Under the pieces are notes generated by a model. The model was not told the DNA's origin. It searched no databases and worked only from the letters and a program-made list of their open reading frames with translations. DNA of 46,475 nt from an uncultured Clostridia bacterium (lineage in GTDB: Bacteria; Bacillota; Clostridia; TANB77; CAG-508): NCBI GenBank assembly GCA_944390535.1, contig CALXQV010000055.1, positions 1-46,475 on the forward strand. The letters are read 5' to 3'. Shown here piece by piece: positions 9,368 to 19,263 of this stretch (positions are counted from its first letter, which is position 1; every line of letters begins with the position of its first letter). Position numbers and translations under genes: made by a program.

Positions 9368-10591
9368 ATGAATAAATTTAGAAAAACAAAAAAGAAAAAG
9401 AATAATGGCATCACTCTAATTGCATTAATCATTACAATTATTATATTATTGATTTTAACAGGTGTAACGATTGCGACCTTAACAGGAGAAGATGGAATTT
9501 TAGAAAAAGCAACCAATGCAAGTGAAAAAACCAAAAAAGCCAATGCAGAAGAACAAGTAAAATTAGCAATAACAGCAAGTATAAAGCAAGATGGAAAGAG
9601 TGATTTAGAAGAGTTAAATACTGAGTTAGAGAAAATAGAAGGGCTGACATATAATAATGTTCCCATATCAGATAGAAATACAATAGAACTGCTACCAGCG
9701 ACAGTTAATGTAGATGGATATGATATTATTATTGACATAGACTTTGAGGAAATTATACCCCTTGTACCAGAAGGATTTTACCGTGTGAAAGGGACAACGA
9801 TAAAGAAAGGATTTGTTATTTCAGATGTAGAAGGAGATGATGTGAATAATACAAAAGGCGGAAACCAATATGTATGGATACCAGTCGATGGAATCTTAGG
9901 AGAAGATGGAAAAACCATACAAAATGCAGTTGATGGAGAAATTATATTAGGAAGATATACATTTAGTAGAAATGGAAAGATAAATACAAATTTGGTTCCA
10001 ACAACATTAGGAGGAGAAATAAAAATATATAATGAATTTACTGTGACAGAAACTTCTATAGGAAAAGGAAATACTACAGCAAAAGATATAAATGCATTTA
10101 TTAATAGTGTAAGAGAAAATGGAGGATACTATATTGCAAGATTTGAGGCAAGTAAAAATTCAAATACCAATAAAGCAGAAAGTAAATATAATAAGACTGT
10201 TTGGAATAATATAAGTCAACAAAATGCAGCAATAGCATGTCAAAATCTATATGCGGATGTAAATAGTGATTTAATAAATAGTTACGCATGGGACACAGCA
10301 ACCTTGTTTATACAAAAGTATGGAAAAACTGATTATTCATTTGAATATGGAGTATCATTTGGTTCATCATTACAAAGAACAGGTTTATCAAGAGATGTAC
10401 AATTAAATATTTATGATATGGCGGGAAATTGTTTTGAATGGACAACAGAAACTGGTAGTGACTCTAACAAGGCTGGTGTAGTTAGAGGAGGTGATTATTA
10501 TAACAAAAATGATTATATGAATGTTCGCAACTGGTCTAACCCATCTGTTACTTTTAACCAAGGTTCTTTTCGCCCAATTTTGTATTTCTAG
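9368..10591 (+). CDS. Pilin-like protein (class III signal peptide) with a C-terminal FGE-sulfatase/C-type-lectin-fold domain; probable DGR-type target
   Basis: Basic leader then G|ITLIALIITIIILLIL; GNQYVWIPV; GGYYIARFEAS; IYDMAGNCFEWT...RGG...SFRPILY at the extreme C-terminus. Confidence 0.8.
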   Translation: MNKFRKTKKKKNNGITLIALIITIIILLILTGVTIATLTGEDGILEKATNASEKTKKANAEEQVKLAITASIKQDGKSDLEELNTELEKIEGLTYNNVPISDRNTIELLPATVNVDGYDIIIDIDFEEIIPLVPEGFYRVKGTTIKKGFVISDVEGDDVNNTKGGNQYVWIPVDGILGEDGKTIQNAVDGEIILGRYTFSRNGKINTNLVPTTLGGEIKIYNEFTVTETSIGKGNTTAKDINAFINSVRENGGYYIARFEASKNSNTNKAESKYNKTVWNNISQQNAAIACQNLYADVNSDLINSYAWDTATLFIQKYGKTDYSFEYGVSFGSSLQRTGLSRDVQLNIYDMAGNCFEWTTETGSDSNKAGVVRGGDYYNKNDYMNVRNWSNPSVTFNQGSFRPILYF

Positions 10592-10713
10592 AAGTGTATA
10601 ATCCATAGTATTAAGGTCAAAGGTTGAAATATTTTTTATATAGAGAACATAGGAAAAAGAATGTAATTTTAGCAATTTAAAAAAGCAGAAACTAGATATT
10701 AAAATTTTACGTT

Positions 10714-10754
10714 ATAGTAAGTATAAGTAATTAAAAAATATACTTACTATTTTT
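10714..10754 (+). terminator. Intrinsic terminator after pilin-like gene 1
   Basis: ATAGTAAGTATA / TATACTTACTAT stem plus T-run. Confidence 0.6.
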
Positions 10755-10804
10755 ATATATACATAATAGGAAACTAGACAAAAATGTGATATAGTTTTAT
10801 CTAC

Positions 10805-10820
10805 CTTACAAAAATGTCAT
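10805..10820. promoter_or_regulatory. Putative BceR-type binding site upstream of the response regulator
   Basis: CTTACA-AAAA-TGTCAT; same ACA-N4-TGT core as the site at 12647. Confidence 0.45.
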
Positions 10821-10865
10821 TTAAAAACCAAAAAAATATGATATAATCATGTTGGAGGGAAAAAC

Positions 10866-11537
10866 ATGCAAAAAATATTAATAGTAGAAGATGACAAAAA
10901 AATACGAAGTGAACTAGAAACATTTTTAAACAAAAATGGATTTGAAGCAAAAAGCCTAGAAAACTTTGAAAATACCATTCAAGACATATTACAAGAAAAT
11001 GCAGACTTGGTATTGCTAGACATCAATTTACCATATACAGATGGAGAATTTGTATGTAAAGAATTAAGGAAAACATCAGATGTTCCAATTATTATGGTAA
11101 CGAGTAGAGATAATGAAATTGATGAATTAATGAGTTTAAATTATGGGGCAGACCAATATGTAACAAAACCATATAATATCCAGATATTACTTGCGAAAAT
11201 AAATGGCTTATTAAAAAGAAATCAAAAGTCAGAAAAAGATATACAAAAAATAGATTGTAATGATTTTTACTTAAATATAGCAGAAAGAGTCATCGAAAAA
11301 GAAGAGCAAAAGATAGAATTAACCAAAAATGAATATAGCATTTTATACTATTTAAGTATCAATAAAGGGAAAGTGGTATCCAGAGATGAAATCATGGACT
11401 ATTTATGGGAAAGCCAAGAATTTATAGATGACAATACATTAAGTGTTAATATCAAAAGATTAAGAGATAAGCTAGATGCACTAGGACTAGTAAATAGAAT
11501 TGAAACTAGGAGAGGACAAGGGTATTTATTAAAATGA
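10866..11537 (+). CDS. OmpR-family response regulator (BceR/GraR-like)
   Basis: ILIVEDD receiver start, LLDINLP, KP motif, winged-helix ETRRGQGY. Confidence 0.92.
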   Translation: MQKILIVEDDKKIRSELETFLNKNGFEAKSLENFENTIQDILQENADLVLLDINLPYTDGEFVCKELRKTSDVPIIMVTSRDNEIDELMSLNYGADQYVTKPYNIQILLAKINGLLKRNQKSEKDIQKIDCNDFYLNIAERVIEKEEQKIELTKNEYSILYYLSINKGKVVSRDEIMDYLWESQEFIDDNTLSVNIKRLRDKLDALGLVNRIETRRGQGYLLK

Positions 11538-12553
11538 AATTTAAAGATTTTATAAAAGAAAAAATGATGTTGATAGTAGGTATATTTTTAGCTTTAGCTA
11601 GTGTAGAAATATTATTACTTGCCTATCATATTGGAATATTGGTAAGAGTATATTGTGCATGCATTGTCATACTGGTTGTAGCACTTGCCATTTTTATAGA
11701 ATATAAAAGAAAAAAACACTACTATGATGAATTAATGAATCATATGGGAGAATTAACAGAAAAATACTTAATCTCAGAAATCATAAAAACACCTAATTTT
11801 ATCGAAGGAAAAATATTAAAAGAAATTCTACAAGATACAGGAAAATCCATGTTAGAAAATGTGAATAAGTATAAAAAGATACAAGAAGAATATAAAGAAT
11901 ATATCGAATTATGGATTCATGAGGTTAAAATACCTATTGCAGCCAGTAAATTAATTATAGAGAATAATAAAAATGAGATTACAAAAAGTATAGAAGAAGA
12001 ATTAGATAAAGTAGAAAACTATACAGAACAAGCCCTATTTTATGCTAGAAGTAATGCAGTAGAAAAAGATTATATTATAACCAAAACCAACTTAAAAGAA
12101 ATTGTTAATGGAGCTATTTTAAAAAATAAAACCACCTTACTTAATGAAAAAGTATCCATAGAATTAACAGATTTGAAACCAGAAGAAATATATACAGATA
12201 ATAAGTGGGGAATATTTATAGTTAATCAAATTATACAAAATGCTATTAAATATTCCAAAAAAGAAGATAAAAGAATTATCATTTCCTCAAAAGAAAAAAA
12301 TGATAAAGTCATTTTATATATCAAAGATAATGGTATAGGAATTAAAAAAGGAGAAATTACAAGAGTATTTGAAAGAGGATTTACAGGAGAAAATGGCAGA
12401 AGAATGGGGCAGAAATCAACAGGAATCGGCTTATATTTATGCAAAAAGCTATGTGATAAGTTAGGTTTAGGAATAGAATTGAATGCAGAAAAAGAGGAAG
12501 GAACAGAAGTTAGAATTATCTTTCCTAAAAATAGTTATACCATTTTTAAATAG
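11534..12553 (+). CDS. Intramembrane-sensing histidine kinase (BceS/GraS-like)
   Basis: Two closely spaced TMs, WIHEVKIP H-box, NAIKYS, DNGIGI, STGIGLYL. Confidence 0.92.
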   Translation: MKFKDFIKEKMMLIVGIFLALASVEILLLAYHIGILVRVYCACIVILVVALAIFIEYKRKKHYYDELMNHMGELTEKYLISEIIKTPNFIEGKILKEILQDTGKSMLENVNKYKKIQEEYKEYIELWIHEVKIPIAASKLIIENNKNEITKSIEEELDKVENYTEQALFYARSNAVEKDYIITKTNLKEIVNGAILKNKTTLLNEKVSIELTDLKPEEIYTDNKWGIFIVNQIIQNAIKYSKKEDKRIIISSKEKNDKVILYIKDNGIGIKKGEITRVFERGFTGENGRRMGQKSTGIGLYLCKKLCDKLGLGIELNAEKEEGTEVRIIFPKNSYTIFK

Positions 12554-12646
12554 CTCTTTAGTAGAGTTATTTTTTTCTTATCATGAAAGAAAAATTGTTA
12601 TGCACATAAAGTGTGTCGAAATCTTTGATTTCGTTAACACAATTAC

Positions 12647-12673
12647 CTTACAAAACTGTAAGACAAATGTAAG
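12647..12673. promoter_or_regulatory. BceR-type operator upstream of the ABC transporter
   Basis: Palindrome CTTACA-AAAC-TGTAAG plus a second TGTAAG half-site at 12668. Confidence 0.65.
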
Positions 12674-12747
12674 ATTAATAAATGGTAAAGAAGTAAGAAG
12701 CATCTTATAATATCATTAGAAAGTTGAAAAAGGAGGAAAATTTTATC

Positions 12748-13515
12748 ATGAGCAAAGTATTAGAAGTAAAAAGCATTGAAAAATATTACGGAAATAAATC
12801 AAATTTAACAAAGGCGATTGATGGAATCAGTTTTAATGTAGAAGATGGGGAATTTGTTGGAATCATGGGAGCCTCTGGTTCTGGAAAAACAACACTTTTA
12901 AATTGTATATCGACAATAGATAGAGTAACCGCTGGAAAAATTATCATTAATAACCAAGATATCACAAAGCTAAAAGGTAATAAACTAAATAAGTTTAGAA
13001 GAGAAGAATTAGGGTTTATATTCCAAGACTTTAACTTATTAGACACCTTAACAGCCTATGAAAATATAGCACTTGCATTAACCATTCAAAAAGTAAAACC
13101 TCGTGAAATAGATAAAAAAGTAAAAGAGGTAGCAGAAAAATTAGAGATTTCAGAGATTTTAAATAAATATCCTTATCAAATATCAGGAGGACAAAAACAA
13201 AGAGTAGCATCAGCAAGAGCCATTGTTACAAACCCTAAAATGGTACTTGCAGATGAACCAACAGGAGCATTAGACTCAAAATCTGCAAGACAATTATTAG
13301 AAACATTTGAACACCTAAATCAAAACTTAGGAGCAACCATCTTAATGGTTACCCATGATGCATTCACAGCAAGTTATGCAGAAAGAATCATCTTTATAAA
13401 AGATGGTAAAATATTTAATGAATTAATCAAAGGAGAAGATACTAGAAAACAATTCTTTGAGAAAATAATCGAGGTGCAAACACTTCTTGGAGGTGACTTG
13501 AACGATGTTATTTAA
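12748..13515 (+). CDS. BceA-like ABC transporter ATP-binding protein
   Basis: GASGSGKT Walker A, ISGGQKQR, LADEPTGALD; start moved to ATG 12748 after AAGGAGG. Confidence 0.92.
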   Translation: MSKVLEVKSIEKYYGNKSNLTKAIDGISFNVEDGEFVGIMGASGSGKTTLLNCISTIDRVTAGKIIINNQDITKLKGNKLNKFRREELGFIFQDFNLLDTLTAYENIALALTIQKVKPREIDKKVKEVAEKLEISEILNKYPYQISGGQKQRVASARAIVTNPKMVLADEPTGALDSKSARQLLETFEHLNQNLGATILMVTHDAFTASYAERIIFIKDGKIFNELIKGEDTRKQFFEKIIEVQTLLGGDLNDVI

Positions 13516-15601
13516 ATTATCTATAAGAAACATGAAAAAAAGTTTTAAAGATTATGCAATCTATTTTTTAACCTTAGTACTAGGCGTAGCTATCTTTTAT
13601 ATGTTTAACTCTTTAGACAGTCAACAAGCAATGTTACAAGTATCAGAATCTACAAGAGATATCATTAGATTAATGATTGAAATGCTTGGAATGATTTCTG
13701 TATTTATAGCAATTGTATTAGGATTTTTAATTGTATATGCTAATAACTTCCTAGTCAATAGAAGGAAAAAAGAATTTGGGATTTATATGACACTTGGAAT
13801 GGGAAGAAGACAAATATCAGGAATTATTCTTTTAGAAACAATATTGATAGGAATCTTATCACTTGCAGTTGGAATATTTATAGGGATATTTGCTTCACAA
13901 TTTATGTCTGTTTTAGTAGCAAAATTATTTGAAGCAGATATGAGTGAATTTACATTTGTATTTTCAAAAGATGCGTGTATAAAAACTTGTATCTATTTTA
14001 CAGTTATGTTTTTAGCAGTCATTGTATTTAATACACTAACCATTTCAAGATATAAATTAATTAACCTAATGACTGCTGTCAGAAAAAACCAAAAAATAAA
14101 AATGAAAAATCCAATCCTTTCTATATTTGTGTTTTTGTTTTCAGCGGGGATATTGGCATATGCTTATTGGAGAGTAACAGCAGGAGTTTATGAGTTACGA
14201 ACTGCAAATGAACTATTACCTCCAATCTTAATGGGAATCGCAGGAACAATAGGTGTATTTTGGTCTTTATCAGGTTTTATATTACGAATTATACAAGCTA
14301 ATAAAAAAGTCTATTTAAAAGGAACAAACATGTTTGTATTAAGACAATTAAATAACAAAATTAATACAAACATCATTAGTATGAGTATCATTTGTCTAAT
14401 GCTATTTATGACAATCAGTGTATTATCAGGAAGTTTATCCATACAATCTGCATTAGACTCACAATTAGAAGAATTAACACCAGTTGATATCAATTTATAT
14501 AAAACAGCATATTTGCCAGAAAGTTCAATAAATTCATATACCAATGCACCACAATATTATACAAATGATCAACGAGAGGATTCCAGAAAACCAATTCGTT
14601 ATACATTAGAAACCAATGGATATGACATGAATCAATTAAAAGACATTGTAGAATTTCCAATTTATGCAACACCAGATTGGACACTAGAAGATAGTTTAGG
14701 AGAGTATTATGAAGCAATGAAAAATCAATTTACCATGTTAAGTTATGACACACCAGAAGAAATTGTTAAAATTTCAGATTACAACAGATTAGCAGAACTT
14801 TATGGTGAGGAGCAATATCATTTAAATGATGATGAATATATAGTACTTTGTGATTTTGACCAAATGACAGCTCTAAGAAATGAAGCATTAAAAAGAAATC
14901 CTAATAGAGAAATTAATGGAAAAATATATCATGCAAAATATAATGAATGTCAAAAAGGTTATGTATTTATGTCATCAAGTAATATCAATGGAGGAATTAT
15001 ATTAGTACCAGATAATTTTGAAGTAAAAGAAGAATATACAGAACAATATTTTTTAGCGGCAAATTATAATGCAAAAACAGATGAAGAAAAAATGGAAATA
15101 GAAAGTATATTAATTGGAGATGGTAATTCAGAATTTGTTGATACAATAAAACAAAAAGGATATTTACTAGATGGAACATCTAAAATTACCCTAACAGAAG
15201 CCAGTAAAGGATTAGCTACAATCATTATATTTATAGCAATTTATTTAGGAATTGTATTCTTAATTGCAAGTTCAGCAATTTTAGCTTTAAAACAACTAAC
15301 AGAAAGTTCTGATAATAAACAAAGATATACCATTTTAAGAAAAATTGGTTGTGATGAAAAAATGATTAATAAAGCATTATTTAGACAAATTTGTATCTTC
15401 TTTATGATGCCACTTGCTTTAGCAATTATACATTCTATTTTTGGAATTAAATTTATATTAGCAATACTTGCAGTACTTGCATCACCAGAAGAATTATTGC
15501 CTTCTGTCATAGCAACAGCCATTATTATAGGAGCAATCTATGGATTATATTTCTTAGCAACATATTTTGGAAGTAAAAACATTATTAAAGAGGAGGAATA
15601 G
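13505..15601 (+). CDS. BceB-like FtsX-domain ABC permease (antimicrobial peptide resistance)
   Basis: RRKKEFGIYMTLGM, about 10 TMs with a large extracellular loop, YTILRKIG. Confidence 0.88.
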   Translation: MLFKLSIRNMKKSFKDYAIYFLTLVLGVAIFYMFNSLDSQQAMLQVSESTRDIIRLMIEMLGMISVFIAIVLGFLIVYANNFLVNRRKKEFGIYMTLGMGRRQISGIILLETILIGILSLAVGIFIGIFASQFMSVLVAKLFEADMSEFTFVFSKDACIKTCIYFTVMFLAVIVFNTLTISRYKLINLMTAVRKNQKIKMKNPILSIFVFLFSAGILAYAYWRVTAGVYELRTANELLPPILMGIAGTIGVFWSLSGFILRIIQANKKVYLKGTNMFVLRQLNNKINTNIISMSIICLMLFMTISVLSGSLSIQSALDSQLEELTPVDINLYKTAYLPESSINSYTNAPQYYTNDQREDSRKPIRYTLETNGYDMNQLKDIVEFPIYATPDWTLEDSLGEYYEAMKNQFTMLSYDTPEEIVKISDYNRLAELYGEEQYHLNDDEYIVLCDFDQMTALRNEALKRNPNREINGKIYHAKYNECQKGYVFMSSSNINGGIILVPDNFEVKEEYTEQYFLAANYNAKTDEEKMEIESILIGDGNSEFVDTIKQKGYLLDGTSKITLTEASKGLATIIIFIAIYLGIVFLIASSAILALKQLTESSDNKQRYTILRKIGCDEKMINKALFRQICIFFMMPLALAIIHSIFGIKFILAILAVLASPEELLPSVIATAIIIGAIYGLYFLATYFGSKNIIKEEE

Positions 15602-15778
15602 AGATGGAAGGCCAATACATCCCCTTTTATTTTCAAAAGAGAATTAGCAGAAATGTTAGTTCTCTTTTAGAATTTAGAAAATTCTTATAATATATAGCTA
15701 AACAGTAGAATAATTTTAAATTATATGCTATTCTATTGACAAAGTAATAACAAATAGAACTAAGAAAAGGAGAAGTAT

Positions 15779-16477
15779 ATGAAATTAGTCGTAAAAAATC
15801 TAAGAAAAAGTTTTGAGAAAAAAGAAGTCTTAAAAGACATAAATTTTGAATTTGAAAAAGGTAAAATTTATGGTCTGCTTGGTAGAAATGGAGCAGGAAA
15901 AACCACATTTTTTAACTGTCTGAATGAAGATATAGAAATAGATGCAGGAGAATTCTATATAGAAGATGATAATGATAAAAGAAAAATGGAAGCAGAAGAT
16001 GTGGGATATGTATTATCTACTACAAATGTTCCAGAATTTTTAACTGCAAGAGAATTTTTAAAATTTTTCATAGATATTAACAAGAAGAAAATAAAGAATG
16101 AAAAAACAATTGATGAATATTTTAATTTTATGAAAATACAAGAAGAAGACAGAGATAGACTATTAAAAGATTATTCACATGGTATGAAAAACAAAATGCA
16201 AATGCTTGTTAATATAATTGCTAATCCAAATGTATTGTTATTAGATGAACCTTTAACTTCATTTGATGTAGTAGTCGCTGAAGAAATGAAACAAATGTTA
16301 AGAGAAATAAAGAAAGATCATATTATTATTTTCTCTACACATATTATGGAATTAGCCTTAGATTTATGTGATGAAATTGTTATCCTAAATAAAGGTATAT
16401 TAGAAGAAATTAATAAAAATGACATAAATAATGAGCAGTTAAAAAATAAAATTATAGAAGCTTTAAAGGAGGAATAA
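15779..16477 (+). CDS. ABC transporter ATP-binding protein
   Basis: GRNGAGKTT, YSHGMKNK, LLLDEP, FSTH. Confidence 0.9.
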   Translation: MKLVVKNLRKSFEKKEVLKDINFEFEKGKIYGLLGRNGAGKTTFFNCLNEDIEIDAGEFYIEDDNDKRKMEAEDVGYVLSTTNVPEFLTAREFLKFFIDINKKKIKNEKTIDEYFNFMKIQEEDRDRLLKDYSHGMKNKMQMLVNIIANPNVLLLDEPLTSFDVVVAEEMKQMLREIKKDHIIIFSTHIMELALDLCDEIVILNKGILEEINKNDINNEQLKNKIIEALKEE

Positions 16478-16481
16478 AACA

Positions 16482-18059
16482 ATGATAAAGACATTTATAA
16501 CTTCCTTTAAATTGAAAAATACATATAGAACAAATAGTATTATATATTCTATTAAACAATTACCAATTATCAAAAGAATATTACCAAATAGTTTATATAA
16601 AAATAGAGGGCTAAAAATATTTGCGAATATCATTAGCATATTATATGAAATAATCAGTATTTTCATCGGTAAAATTATATATATTGTGGCTATGATATTC
16701 ATGGCATTATCTTGGTATAAGACAAATCAAGCAGATACTTTTATACATTTATTTACTTTTTTAACACTATGTGGGGGAATGTTAAACACCTATATGCTTA
16801 ATCCAACAAAAGATAAATATTACGCAATTATCATAATGAACATAAATGCGAGGGAATATGGATTATCAAATTATTATTATCAATTGTTAAAATTAGTGAT
16901 TGGATTTTTACCATTTACCATTTTATTTGGAACAATAATAGGCGTTTCATTATGGGTTCAACTTGCAATACCTTTTTTTGTAGCAAGTGTAAAATTAATT
17001 GTGATGAATTATACCATATATAAATTTAAGAAAACAAATAAGGCAATGAATGAAAATCTACCAACAAAATTTGTTTGGGGATTTGTAGGAATATGTTTGT
17101 TACTTGCCTATGGATTACCAGTAATAAATATCGTCATAAACCAAACGATTTTCTTATTCATATTTGTTATTTCAATGATACTTGGAATGTATAGTTTTAT
17201 AAAAATACATAATTTTAAAAATTATGCAAAGATGTATAAACAAGTATTAACAGAGACAAATGTATATATGCAAGAAAAAAATACGGGAACACAAGCAATA
17301 AAAGACATGAACCTAAAACAAATAGAACTAGATAAAAACTATACAAGTAATCAATCTGGATTTGCATATTTTCATGATTTATTTGTAAAAAGACATAGAA
17401 AAATTTTAACACAAGCAGTAAAGAAACAGGCAGTTATTATATTAGTCATTCTTATTGGAATCATGATTGGCATTGAAATAAATGAAGGATTTAAAACTAA
17501 AATAAATGAAATACTAATGGCGTATTTACCATATTTTGTTTTTATCATGTATTGTATCAATAGAAGTTCATCTGTTACACAAGCTATGTTTATGAATTGT
17601 GATCATAGTATGCTGACATATAGAATATATAGAACACCAAAAGTCATCCTTGGAATATTTAAAGAAAGATTAAAAACTCTAATTGGTATTAATTTATTAC
17701 CAGCAACACTAATTGGAATTGGTTTAGCTTTACTGCTATATCTATCAGGTGGGACAGATAATGCATTAAATTATGGGATTTTATTTGTATCAATCATAGC
17801 TATGAGTGTCTTCTTTTCAGTCCATTATCTAGTAATGTATTATTTATTACAGCCATATAATGTTAGTACAGAAATGAAAAGTAGTACTTACACAGTGGTA
17901 CAAGCAATTACATATTTTGTATGTTGGTATATGATACAAATACAATTGCCAACCTTATCTTTTGGAATAGCAACTATCATCTTTTGTGTAGCATATTCAT
18001 TGATTTCACTATTTTTAGCATATAAGTATGCGCCAAAAACGTTTAAGTTAAGAGTATAG
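16482..18059 (+). CDS. ABC-2-type exporter permease (multi-TM)
   Basis: About 12 hydrophobic segments; directly downstream of the ATPase. Confidence 0.7.
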   Translation: MIKTFITSFKLKNTYRTNSIIYSIKQLPIIKRILPNSLYKNRGLKIFANIISILYEIISIFIGKIIYIVAMIFMALSWYKTNQADTFIHLFTFLTLCGGMLNTYMLNPTKDKYYAIIIMNINAREYGLSNYYYQLLKLVIGFLPFTILFGTIIGVSLWVQLAIPFFVASVKLIVMNYTIYKFKKTNKAMNENLPTKFVWGFVGICLLLAYGLPVINIVINQTIFLFIFVISMILGMYSFIKIHNFKNYAKMYKQVLTETNVYMQEKNTGTQAIKDMNLKQIELDKNYTSNQSGFAYFHDLFVKRHRKILTQAVKKQAVIILVILIGIMIGIEINEGFKTKINEILMAYLPYFVFIMYCINRSSSVTQAMFMNCDHSMLTYRIYRTPKVILGIFKERLKTLIGINLLPATLIGIGLALLLYLSGGTDNALNYGILFVSIIAMSVFFSVHYLVMYYLLQPYNVSTEMKSSTYTVVQAITYFVCWYMIQIQLPTLSFGIATIIFCVAYSLISLFLAYKYAPKTFKLRV

Positions 18060-18083
18060 AAAACAAGACTACCAATAGTAATT

Positions 18084-18794
18084 ATGGAGGAGAATATGAA
18101 GAATAAATTTATAAAAGAAATTCAGTCTACGCCAAGGATAAATAGGAAAGTTAGTGAAATACCACCGATTAATCAATATGGTATAAATCTACTTGAAACT
18201 GCAAATGCGAATGAAATCATAGATCAAATAATAGAAGAACCATTAAGGAAAGCATGTAAAGAACTAAAAGCCAAGGGTATTGAAACAGTAATGAGTAGTG
18301 CTAATAGAACGAATTTGTTAAAAGAAGGAGAAAAGGCATTAGAGAAAGAAGATGTAAGGGGGAGAGAATTATTTCTAGATGGTCCTACTTATGAAAGTGC
18401 AGGAAAGGGATATGCTTGGATTATGGTTAATTTTGATAGTCTATCAGATGATAATAAGAAGATATTATTTTCGTTAGAAGAAACGAAAAATGCAAAAGGG
18501 GAAAATATAGGAGAGAGAATTATATGGTTTGTAAAAAGTAACCCTCTTATGGATATATTAAAAAAAGATTCAAGTGAAGAGAAAGAAAGTGTTTTAGATA
18601 AAGAGTTTGAGGAACGTTCATTTAGTTTAAAATATAATAGTGATAGGTACCCTAAAAAAGTTATATTTTTTAGGATGCCGATTAGTGATACAACAACCAT
18701 AGTAGACGTAGAAAAATACTTTGAAAGAATAACAAAAAGATTGCAACAGCAACAAATAGGAATAGATAAACCAAACATGACAAGAGATAAATAA
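18084..18794 (+). CDS. Hypothetical protein (true start possibly 18096)
   Basis: Long ORF with host-like codon usage; GGAGG RBS before ATG 18096. Confidence 0.6.
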   Translation: MEENMKNKFIKEIQSTPRINRKVSEIPPINQYGINLLETANANEIIDQIIEEPLRKACKELKAKGIETVMSSANRTNLLKEGEKALEKEDVRGRELFLDGPTYESAGKGYAWIMVNFDSLSDDNKKILFSLEETKNAKGENIGERIIWFVKSNPLMDILKKDSSEEKESVLDKEFEERSFSLKYNSDRYPKKVIFFRMPISDTTTIVDVEKYFERITKRLQQQQIGIDKPNMTRDK

Positions 18795-18802
18795 TATGCA
18801 AA

Positions 18803-19003
18803 ATGCATTATAAAATGTTAAGGTTTATAGGAAACAAAATATTTAATAAGGAAGAATATAATACGATAGATGAAGAGATTGTTTATATTTATACAGCTGT
18901 TGGAAGTTTTGGAATTGTATCAGAATGGATAAAAGGCAATTTAAAAATAAATAAAGAAGAACTAATAAAGCAAATATTAAAGTTAAATTATACTAAACAA
19001 TAA
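18803..19003 (+). pseudogene. Probable remnant of a TetR-family regulator C-terminal domain
   Basis: YTAVGSFGIVSEWIKGNLKINKEELIKQI resembles TetR C-terminal helices; no HTH and no clear RBS. Confidence 0.45.
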
Positions 19004-19263
19004 ATGACAATATCATTTTTATAATTTTTCCTGCAAAATATGAAGAAGTGTACCAAGAATTAGGTGAACCAAAAAAAGAATATGAAAAAATATGTGAATA
19101 TAAAAATAATATATTTGGGTCATACAATTTATACAATTATAGAAAAATATAGTTTAGTAATGTATTTAAACTTCTAAATAGTATACATAAAATTAATAGC
19201 AGAATATAATATATTAGTAGCGATTATTTCGTTACTAATATTTTTATAAAGAAGGAGATAGAT

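Noticed and set aside
12483-12710. 75-aa ORF between the kinase and the ABC ATPase
   Set aside because: Overlaps the kinase end, a hairpin and the operator region; likely spurious.
19020-19142. Coding-like fragment IIFPAKYEEVYQELGEPKKEY
   Set aside because: No start or RBS and too short to assign; possibly a gene remnant.
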